Shown: piece by piece, positions 10,301 to 20,429 of the stretch
Layout of the letters: every line of letters begins with the position of its first letter
How positions within the stretch are numbered: the first letter of the stretch is position 1
DNA from: Balanoglossus misakiensis
Taxonomy: Eukaryota > Animalia > Hemichordata
NCBI GenBank assembly: GCA_040954595.2
Contig: CM082591.2
Location: 7,988,047 to 8,052,046 of the forward strand
Reading direction: 5' to 3'
Length of the DNA stretch: 64,000 nt
Program-made: the position numbers and the translations under genes
Notes under the pieces: model-generated
The model's database searches: none
Seen by the model: only the letters and a program-made list of their open reading frames with translations
What the model was told of the DNA's origin: nothing

Positions 10301-13300
10301 GTGTTCTGTCAACCTGAAATTGGAAGTTATGCTGCATAAAAGGCTTTATCCTTTTACCGGATACATTATGAAGTGCATAAATTCATCATGCATCTATCAC
10401 TGTCATATTTTTTTAGCACTCACAATAAATTGACCTGTGTAGTCAACATGACTCTGGAAGACAATAATCATCCAAGAGCAGCTTGGCTTGCAATTGGTCA
10501 GGTGTGGCACTTTAAGGGTTAAAATGACAAAGCATACCTCGGCCAGTATCTCATTGACATATTCATCGTCTACGCTGTCCTTACATACCACTGGTCCTAT
10601 TCCTCCACCATCTCCTGAAAGAATAATAAATAAAACATTTTTTTCTAGAAAATCATATCTGTTACTGTTACAACAATTACGTATACACACAGAAGTCATT
10701 CAAAATTTAAAGTTATCCTATTTCATCTATATGTCAAACAAGTTACATGTACATTGAGTAGAAATGTTGATATGAAATCTTTGTCAAATCAACTTGATAA
10801 ATTAAATACCATGCTTCAGAAAGATTGTTATCTCTTTTGGAGGGCAATTGCAACCAATTTTTCTGGTTTAATCAATAATCTAAGAGTTTAATTATAGCCC
10901 TATCTGATAATAAAAACTTACTGTTCAGAAAGAATAGTTCCAGTTCATCAAACCTAGCTTGGTCATATGTAGCTATCAACTGTAGTGGAATTCCAGCTGT
11001 GTTGGCCTCTGTCATTTCATCTGTCATCAAGATTGGTTCTAATGCCTTGGCTAAACTTCTTGAATCTTCAAGACAGCTTCCCCGCAATCGGTAGAGATTA
11101 TAAAGTCTACGCATGTTGGCTGTGATTTGCAGAGACCCTTGTTCCATATTGGTTATGTCCACTTCACCCAGTTTATCAGTGCAGGCCTTCTTGACTTTGT
11201 TGATGTCATCACCGTTGGTTACCACTTCAGCTGCTCTTCTCTCCAACCCCTGTTTGCATTTGTCCCAAGATGCAGAAGCCGCCTGCTGCATTGCCTCGTT
11301 CGGTGTTTCGTCTCGTAGATGCTGCTGATAGGCATTTGCATTCAGTCCGACATGGATTGTAATTGTTGTGTCATCATGGTTTTCTGTGTTTTGTAGCGGC
11401 TCTGCTGTCATACTTGTATTCGTTTCATCCAATTCCTTAATGTGGACTTTCGTAGTTTGTTGGTTTGTGTCATTCAATGCTTCTTCAGCTGTTCTCTTTG
11501 CTGGTGGTTGACTTGGTGTCTGCTGCTCTGCTGTTGTTGGATTTTGTTGACGAACATCTCCATCTGGCTGGACTGGAACTGCAATTGCTGTTTCAGAATG
11601 GTAGAAGTACATAAGCTGTATGACATGTTTGAAGCAAACTCATTGTTTGAATGATTAGCTGGCTAAAAAAAAGTTTAAACTGATAATAGAACACAAAATA
11701 TCATACCTCATACCGGTATATACCTCATATACCAGTGCATTTAGATCTGGTCTTTCAACAACAACAAAATAGTACAGTTGGGGTATTGTTATGGGGAAAC
11801 TTTATAGAGCCACATTATTTATTAACATGCTGCAACACTATCTGAATGAGGATTGAATTCAAAGTGCAGACATCCAGCCTTGAAGTTAAAGAATAAAGAA
11901 AACTTAACCATGAATCCTTAACCAAACATAAGATTACTTAAACTGTACCTGTTGCATTTTGTTTGTCCTTTTTAGTGCGTTGGTCATGTTCATCTTCCTG
12001 TTGTTTTCTTCCCTTTGGTGTCAACATACTGGCAAATGTTGCATAACTCTTGTTGACATCTTCACTCTCCATGAAAGCCTTCTTCAGCTCCTTAGCTTCT
12101 TCAAAAGCTAACCTGGTCTTCTTGACACTCCATATTATCTTCTTTGAAATCTTATCAGATGAGTGTGACACTACAAATCTGTCTGCGTAGTATGGAAAGT
12201 ATTTCTTGACTAACTTTCCAAGCTGGGAATATTCATCAGGATAGGTTGGTAGTCCAACTGCTATAGATTCTAAACCGCTATACGGATAGTCCTTGTAGAC
12301 AGAGACAGGAAGACAACTGTGAGATTGATGCACTGATATCATTAAGGTCTTTTCTGAGTAATCTGGGTGAGGATATGCCATTACATGATTGCTGTTCATC
12401 TGCTGTAGAATATGCTTCAGTTCAGCCTCACCTGCTCCCCGTATTGACCAATTCAGAAGTTTGTTGTGAAAGTCTTTCACCATGTTTGCTGCACTTCCAA
12501 TAGCAGCTGCTATTGTCTCACATCTGTCCAAGGCTTCTTGTGTATCAATCTGCCCGTATGTCAGTATGCTGTGAGTAGTCACTCCATCTAGGAACGTTGG
12601 GTCTTTTCTGAAAAAGACTTCAGCAGGTCTGGGAAAAATCTCTGCATGAGGGATCATGTGTAGTTCCCTGCCATCAAAGGTAGCCCGGTATTCATTCTTA
12701 AAATGCTCATACATACTTGGACCAATAGAAAATATGATGTCAGCTTCACTGGCCAGCTTTAGCATCATTTCACTAAACTTCCCTTTTGGTTGTTTCAACA
12801 GACAGTTGCGTTCTTCATAGGCATGGTTGATCATCACTAATTCTGCATCAGGAAACAATTTTTTTCTGATATTTGCAGCAGCCAATCCAGTTCTTGGAGC
12901 ATAACCAACAACATACTGGATGTTTTCTAACTTTTGTAAGTCAGGAAAGTAGATTTTATGATACATCAACCACTTTAATTCTGGCTTGTCTTCATCTGGT
13001 TCAATTCCTTCTAGTTGTTGTGCTGGAATCAATTTAACCCCACACTTGGCAGCATCTGCCTTCTGGTCGTCACTGACTTTGACACCAACAAATGTGGAGT
13101 AGGCGTTAACAGGTGTTTCTTCTTTGACTTTTCTTGCAGAGAAATCTTGTACAAGAGTTCTGTGAAACCCAGTCAAGCCACAATCTTCTTTGTTCCAGTC
13201 GTCATACACAAATAATACTCCAGGAGGTGGATCTGGAAGATGGAGTTGATGAAGTTTGGCTTCAGGGAAGAGACTTTCGTGGATTGCTTTGGCTGCATTC

Positions 13301-14067
13301 TGTGTCTTTGGAGAATATCCGACTACATGTTGGATGTTTGTCAGTTCCTTCAGTCCAGGGAAGTATGTATCATGGTGAACAAGCCAGTTTATTACAGGGG
13401 GGTCTTCATGAGGATCCAATCTCTTGTCTCTTACAGCTGGGATCAAAGTAGCACCAACACTCTCTGCATCTTTCTTTTGTTCTTCACTCAATTCAACTTC
13501 AAGGGTAGTACAGTTGAATTCAGAAACTTCATCTGGCTTCAGTTTTTCTTCTCGAAATTCAGTGACAAGTTTGTTAGTTGGTGTTGTTGTCTGATCTTCT
13601 GATTCTGTCTGCCAGGTTTGCATGACCATTAATGCTGCCACAGGTGGTGGGTCAGGAAGACTGAGTTGGTGAAGTTTGGCTTCAGGGAAGAGACTTTCAT
13701 GAATTGCTGCGGCTGCATTTTGTGTCTGTGGAGAATATCCGACTACATGTTGGATGTTTTTCAGTTTCTTCAGTCCTGGGAAGTATGTACCATGGTGAAT
13801 AAGCCAGAGTACTCCAGGGGGGTCTTCAGTAGGATTCAACCTCTTGTCTCTTACAGCTGGGATCAAAGTAGCATCAACACTCTCTGCATCTTTCTCTTGT
13901 TCTTCACTAACTTCAACTTCAAGGGTAGTACAGTGGAATTCAGAAACGTTCTCAGACTGGAGTGTGTTTTCTTTGAGATGTTTGATTATAGCTTGAGTTG
14001 GTTGGGAGGTTTTTGCCTCCTTGTCCCATGATTTCAATACAACCAGTGCTGCGGATGGTTCTGACAT
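3548..14067 (-). CDS. Gene A: GT4-like glycosyltransferase fold + TRADD-N-like + coiled-coil + NHL-repeat protein, ~1704 aa. Exons: 14067-11949, 11587-10922, 10614-10538, 10313-10235, 9633-9370, 9126-8521, 8366-8094, 7427-7278, 7158-7096, 4365-3548
   Basis: All junctions are GT-AG. Phases chain (1,1,0,1,1,1,1,1,1) and sum to 5115 nt = 1705 codons with no internal stop seen. Eight exons have counterparts in gene B. The start ATG and the two small exons are less certain. Confidence 0.85.
4699..4999. mobile_element. Small TIR element (MITE), A-specific
   Basis: Imperfect TIRs attctttactatcaa / ttgatagcaaagaat. Absent at the equivalent B site (~38440). Confidence 0.6.
7096..7158 (-). CDS. 63-nt phase-1 exon (GSKEISEDTKGASVSAKPSKT), gene A only
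   Basis: Acceptor ctccactacag|GA, donor ACAG|gtatg. Partial duplicate of the 150-nt exon. Confidence 0.55.
7278..7427 (-). CDS. 150-nt phase-1 exon, S/T/E/K-rich spacer, gene A only
   Basis: Acceptor cttttgcag|AA, donor ACAG|gtatg; open frame EEKKSKGVISRISRVFGG... Confidence 0.7.
7502..7838. mobile_element. Near-palindromic Kolobok-like MITE
   Basis: TTAA on both sides, termini agggacaaagtctctct / agagagactttgtccct, long internal inverted symmetry. Confidence 0.75.
8094..8366 (-). CDS. Low-complexity E/K/T-rich exon of gene A
   Basis: Acceptor tttgtag|GC. The donor at EK|G matches the donor position in gene B; an alternative donor at 8016 is possible. Confidence 0.75.
8521..9126 (-). CDS. 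Coiled-coil exon of gene A (with an internal 54-nt duplication)
   Basis: L/E/K/Q heptad-like sequence; acceptor catttcag|AG, donor CAAG|gtgag; QTESVENKRKLVGE.. occurs twice. Confidence 0.88.
9370..9633 (-). CDS. 264-nt exon of gene A, unknown domain (possibly a second divergent TRADD-N-like unit)
   Basis: Acceptor ttttgcag|GT, donor TCAG|gtaat; conserved with B exon 41342-41602. Confidence 0.85.
10235..10614 (-). CDS. Two small exons of gene A (10614-10538, 77 nt; 10313-10235, 79 nt)
   Basis: Canonical splice sites, phases 1-0 and 0-1; counterparts in B at 42157-42078 and 41899-41821. Confidence 0.8.
10922..11587 (-). CDS. 666-nt exon: Q/T-rich linker plus TRADD-N-like domain
   Basis: VDITNMEQGSLQITANMRRLYNLYRL..LAKALEPILMTDEM resembles the 'GSLxITV..L..LW..Y..G.L' signature I recall for metazoan TRADD-like N domains. 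Acceptor ctgaaacag|CA, donor AACA|gtaag. Confidence 0.7.
11949..14067 (-). CDS. Large exon: two extra GT N-lobe modules plus a full GT4-like (GT-B) domain
   Basis: 709-aa ORF with GT4-like motifs W..EDCGLTGFHRTL, ADIIFSIGP and SGLESIAVGLP; modules at 14067-13642 and 13641-13222; acceptor near 14077. Confidence 0.85.
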
Positions 14068-15884
14068 AATTACATTCCTGCTGGGAAGAAGTATACCAGT
14101 ATACAGTACGGTATAATACTGCTGTACCGATAGGTGATGGTGAAATTTGTTTCAGGGAAAACTTGACAGTATGTAATTAGTATTGTGACATATTCATGAC
14201 TATCTATACTGAGTAGTGATTGGCTAACCAAAATGAATATGCATAAGATGGCATATATAAGGGGGCTACCCAGGGTACCATGTGTGCCTTATCACAGCGT
14301 AGTGGGACCGACAGCTGAAAGTATCACATCCTCGATCCTCATCACAACCTTACTATGGCTACGAACCAACCTACAACGACGAAAGCCGTTTCTGTGCTGC
14401 AGACACCTATTTTCACTACCTCCACGGTGACAAGAATGTCAACGACTAGAGTGGCCACGCCCTCAGTAACTTTACTGATAGTGACAGTTTCAACGCCACG
14501 ACAATGTCGGCTGGAGCATCAACTACAATGGCCAGTACTGAACAGAGAGCAAATGCGGTAAGTCTCTTTTGTATAATCTCTAATGTACCCTGATATTTCG
14601 GTATTACACAAGCTGCTTGGTAGTCTCCGATATCTTCATTGAGACTTACGGAATGCAAGACATCACGTCGGTAGGCACTGTCACAAATGTTATTGGCCCT
14701 GATTGGGTCGGGGGAACACGTGGAAATCATAGAAAAAATCGAAAAGTTAAGAAGGCAATGGGGAGTGGTACCCCCTGACGGAGCAACGTAGGACGAGAAA
14801 CAGAATGAGATGTTGAAGATAGATGCATTATATTTGGTAAAGCTAAGATACAAGGATTTTGTGAAACGTATCCAGGAAAGGCGTGACTGGGGGAAGGACC
14901 CTGTATTCTAATTACATTCCTTCCTGTTAACCAGGCGGGGTTTTCACCCCATGCCATGTAGGTTAATAAGAGCTGAATCCTACCCAGAATTTGATACTGG
15001 ATAAGATCAACCCTAGTGAAATGTTCTATCCCGTTGAAGGTATACACCCCTGACATTCCAGAATGGGAGAAGGCGATACACCTGGACCCGAATGCCGCCT
15101 ATCTTGAACACCTGTCAAGGGAAGTTAAATATGTTGCTTGGAACGGTTCTGCAGCGCCCTCATCGGTGATACCCCATCCGAAACACGTATTAGATAACGG
15201 ACTGCGAGTATCGGTTAAACAGCTAAGATTTCGAGACCCAGATTATTTTCTAGCCGGAAGGGTTCATACACAGAAAGAAAAATGGTTTGGTATACTTAAA
15301 GATCAAGATAACGAGAGACAAGTGGGGAGGTGGATAGAGAATGGCGTATGAGTCTTTGACTTCATCAAACCCTTTAGTGGCGAAATATGTGGTGTTGAAT
15401 ATGATTGTAGCTTTCCTCCAAGTAAATACCTCCCTAACAATCCGAATTGTCGTGGATATAAAGATTTTATTTCATCTACGATACTGGATAGAATCAAATC
15501 CCTATATTGTTAATGCCGCTAACGATCGAACCGACAAAACCCCGACTCTGTCACGATCAGAGATATTTAAATAATTGGATCAAAGACATGCCTTTCAAAT
15601 TGGAACTGGTCACTAATCTGCGTAGGTACATGGGGAAAAATCACTACCAGACAAAAATAGATGACAAGAGTGGTTATGACCATGTACATTTAAGTTTTTC
15701 AAGTAGAGCCCTAATGGGGATACAGTGGGGTGGATTTTGGTACGTACCAACGACCCTCCCATTTGGCTGGAAATGTTCGCCATACATATACCAAACAATA
15801 GGCTTATCTGCTATGAATGAAGTTCGGAGATGTGGTGTACCGTCTAATCTTGATATCGATGATAGACATGCAGGGCAACTGGTA

Positions 15885-16198
15885 TTATATTATACCAGTA
15901 TATTGATGGTGTAAATCACGCTATTTGATTGGTCGAGACACGACACGTGACCGTGATATATTAGCCATATACCACAGTCATATATCATAGTTAAAGAAAA
16001 TGCCTTTTTAAAATGTTTTATGCAAAGTTTCAATATACTGGCATAATATAATAGCAATAAAACACCCCCAGCCATGGTATACCACTCGATTTTGACCAGT
16101 TCAACTCCATATACGCACTCGCTATCGCTCGTGCGTATATGTCGTGAACTGGTCAAAATCTCGTGATATACCATGGCTGGGGGTGTTTTATTGCTTAA
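15885..16198 (+). mobile_element. TSD-less long-hairpin element, family 1 (flip isomer)
   Basis: Inserted at ggta|atg (empty site seen at ~17444 and ~19016); 22-bp subterminal IR plus a hairpin with ~66-bp arms at 16053-16195. Confidence 0.85.
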
Positions 16199-19100
16199 AT
16201 GAATCACGGTAACACTAGGGTTAAGGCACAGGTGGATAATAAAGTTGCAGTCCACGGCTGGAAGAATATGGGCACACGAAGTATATTAACCAACTGTACG
16301 AGATGGTGGATGACCTAAACATCATACTTGACATTGACTATATTGCATCGGCTGACAACCCTGCTGACGGTCTATCACGTAGACTGTCAGCGATGGATGC
16401 TCACCTCCTCCCGATATATTGCGATCTAGTAGAAAATGAATTTGGTGATCATACAGTAGATTTAATGGCCCTTGACTCCAATGTACAGAAAAATAGGGAC
16501 GGGCGCCCCTTAAAACATTACACACCATGGAGGACTCCCAACTCATCAGGTGTTGATGTATTCACACAAAGCCTACAAGGGGGAAAATTGTTATGCATTC
16601 CCACCATTTAACATGATTGGCCCCGTACTTAAATTTCTACAGGACGAACGAGCGTTGGTGTCCATGATCGTACCACAACTGTCGCCATGTTTATATTGGT
16701 GGCCTATAGTAGAAAATCAGTCTCTAAGGGAGCATTCGTTTTTTACAGGGAGGGGGGGGGGCGGTGGAAATCAGGGGGGGTTTACTTTTACAAAGTAGTT
16801 GTTAGGGGGGGGGGACAAATTTTATAATCAATGGTTTGGGGGGGGGACAATTTTTACAACAGATTTGTATGGAATTATAGCAAAAAACAACAGAATTGAC
16901 CGTAAAGTGTATAAAATAGAATACGAACATGTCTTTATTCTGTGTGATCAGGTGACAACAAGTACACTTTTGATCACAAAAATAACATTTTCAGGCTGTA
17001 TCATGGCAATATTATGACATACCGTTAAAGTCACTTTATAAGTCGCAGCGGTCTTATAAGTCGCACCCCTTCTTTGAAAGACTTGTTTGGGAGGAGATTT
17101 TAAGGAAATGAATACAACAGAACATTGGTATTATAAGTCGCACCCCCTTTTCGGCACACACTGTCACTCAAAAAAGGTGCGTCTTATAAAATGACTTTAA
17201 CGGTACATCACTTTTAAAACTCTTTGGAAACTGGAAAAATAGCTATATTCCGAAATACGGATATATGGAGTGTTTGCAAAGATTTTCAGACTTTGTTTAT
17301 TTTGAGTCCGCAAAAATGCAGTTTCGCGCCCTTTATTTTACAAAATTTTCTAATGTGGGAGGGGGAACCCCCTCCCACACCCACCCCTTCCACGGTGTAC
17401 CGTCTAATCTTTATATCGATGATAGACATGCAGGGCAACTGGTAATGAATCACGGTATGAGTGACTTCGAGAAAGCAGAGGCTGCCTGTTTCATAATGTG
17501 TTATGTTATGATAGAGTTGGGCTACACACTTGGGCTAAGTAAATGTATTGGAGGAGAATTGATACCGGCAAGGATTGGGCGCGATGGAGAACGGAGAAAC
17601 ATATTAGAAATCTCGCTAGTAAGTGATGCCTCACTGGGAGGATGGGGCGGTATTGTACGTACATCGGGAAGGGAAACAGTTGGCGACTATTGGCCCCATG
17701 GGTTGCGAAAAAAATCTATTGCATATAAGGAAGTCATAGCACTTAAAAATGTTCTTAGTGCCCATAGAGATATAGTTAGTAACACTAGGGTTAAGGCACA
17801 GGTGGATAATAAAGTTGCAGTCCACGGCTGGAAGAATATGGGCACACGAAGTATATTAACCAACTGTACGAGATGGTGGATGACCTAAACATCATACTTG
17901 ACATTGACTATATTGCATCGGCTGACAACCCTGCTGACGGTCTATCACGTAGACTGTCAGCGATGGATGCTCACCTCCTCCCAATATATTGGGATCTAGT
18001 AGAAAATGAATTTGGTGATCATACAGTACATTAATGGCCCTTGACTCAATGTACAGAAAAATAGGGACAGGCGCCCCTTAAAACATTACACACCATGGAG
18101 GACTCCCAACTCATCAGGTGTTGATGTATTCACACAAAGCCTACAAGGGGGAAAATTGTTATGCATTCCCACCATTTAACATGATTGGCCCCGTACTTAA
18201 ATTTCTACAGGACGAACGAGCGTTGGTGTCCATGATCGTACCACAACTGTCGCCATGTTTATATTGGTGGCCTATAGTAGAAAATCAGTCTCTAAGGGAG
18301 CATTCGTTTTTTACAGGGAGGGGGGGGGGCGGTGGAAATCAGGGGGGGGGTTTACTTTTACAAAGAAGTTGTTAGGGGGGGGGACAAATTTTATAATCAA
18401 TGGTTTGGGGGGGGGGGGACAATTTTTACAACAGATTTGTATGGAATTATAGCAAAAAACAACAGAATTGACCGTAAAGTGTATAAAATAGAATACGAAC
18501 ATGTCTTTATTCTGTGTGATCAGGTGACAACAAGTACACTTTTGATCACAAAAATAACATTTTCAGGCTGTATCATGGCAATATTATGACATACCGTTAA
18601 AGTCACTTTATAAGTCGCAGCGGTCTTATAAGTCGCACCCCTTCTTTGAAAGACTTGTTTGGGAGGAGATTTTAAGGAAATGAATACAACAGAACATTGG
18701 TATTATAAGTCGCACCCCCTTTTCGGCACACACTGTCACTCAAAAAAGGTGCGTCTTATAAAATGACTTTAACGGTACATCACTTTTAAAACTCTTTGGA
18801 AACTGGAAAAATAGCTATATTCCGAAATACGGATATATGGAGTGTTTGCAAAGATTTTCAGACTTTGTTTATTTTGAGTCCGCAAAAATGCAGTTTCGCG
18901 CCCTTTATTTTACAAAATTTTCTAATGTGGGAGGGGGAACCCCCTCCCACACCCACCCCTTCCACGGTGTACCGTCTAATCTTTATATCGATGATAGACA
19001 TGCAGGGCAACTGGTAATGAATCACGGTATGAGTGACTTCGAGAAAGCAGAGGCTGCCTGTTTCATAATGTGTTATGTTATGATAGAGTTGGGCTACACA

Positions 19101-20158
19101 CTTGGGCTAAGTAAATGTATTGGAGGAGAATTGATACCGGCAAGGATTGGGCGCGATGGAGAACGGAGAAACATATTAGAAATCTCGCTAGTAAGTGATG
19201 CCTCACTGGGAGGATGGGGCGGTATTGTACGTACATCGGGAAGGGAAACAGTTGGCGACTATTGGCCCCATGGGTTGCGAAAAAAATCTATTGCATATAA
19301 GGAAGTCATAGCACTTAAAAATGTTCTTAGTGCCCATAGAGATATAGTTAGTAACACTAGGGTTAAGGCACAGGTGGATAATAAAGTTGCAGTCCACGGC
19401 TGGAAGAATATGGGCACACGAAGTATATTAACCAACTGTACGAGATGGTGGATGACCTAAACATCATACTTGACATTGACTATATTGCATCGGCTGACAA
19501 CCCTGCTGACGGTCTATCACGTAGACTGTCAGCGATGGATGCTCACCTCCTCCCAATATATTGGGATCTAGTAGAAAATGAATTTGGTGATCATACAGTA
19601 CATTAATGGCCCTTGACTCCAATGTACAGAAAAATAGGGACAGGCGCCCCTTAAAACATTACACACCATGGAGGACTCCCAACTCATCAGGTGTTGATGT
19701 ATTCACACAAAGCCTACAAGGGGAAAATTGTTATGCATTCCCACCATTTAACATGATTGGCCCCGTACTTAAATTTCTACAGGACGAATGAGCGTTGGTG
19801 TCCATGATCGTACCACAACTGTCGCCATGTTTATATTGGTGGCCTATAGTAGAAAATCAGTCTCTAAGGGAGCATTCGTTTTTTACAGGGAGGGGGGGGG
19901 GCGGTGGAAATCAGGGGGGGTTTACTTTTACAAAGTAGTTGTTAGGGGGGGGGACAAATTTTATAATCAATGGTTTGGGGGGGGACAATTTTTACAACAG
20001 ATTTGTATGGAATTATAGCAAAAAACAACAGAATTGACCGTAAAGTGTATAAAATAGAATACAAACATGTCTTTATTCTGTGTGATCAGGTGACAACAAG
20101 TACACTTTTGATCACAAAAATAACATTTCAGGCTGTATCATGGCAATATTATGACATA

Positions 20159-20340
20159 CCGTTAAAGTCACTTTATAAGTCGCAGCGGTATTATAAGTCA
20201 CACCCCTTCTTTGAAAGACTTGTTTGGGAGGAGATTTTAAGGAAATGAATACAACAGAACATTGGTGTTATAAGTCGCACCCCCTTTTCGGCACACACTG
20301 TCACTCAAAAAAGGTGCGTCTTGTAAAATGACTTTAACGG
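20159..20340. mobile_element. Tc1/mariner-like MITE (copies at ~17022-17203 and ~18594-18775)
   Basis: TA-flanked TIRs ccgttaaagtca / tgactttaacgg with internal ataagtcgca repeats. Confidence 0.75.
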
Positions 20341-20429
20341 TACATCACTTTTAAAACTCTTTGGAAACTGGAAAAATAGCTATATTCCGAAATACGGATA
20401 TTATGGAGTGTTTGCAAAGATTTTCAGAC

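Noticed and set aside
13015-14031. Plus-strand ORFs over the GT, coiled-coil and NHL exons (also 44917-45510, 3659-3979, 8066-8380)
   Set aside because: Antisense shadows of the real minus-strand exons, with no recognisable domains.
3548-14067. Calling the gene a TRIM (TRIM2/3/71) or an NLR
   Set aside because: No RING, B-box or filamin motif and no NACHT/NB-ARC P-loop in the reconstructed exons, so no gene symbol is assigned.
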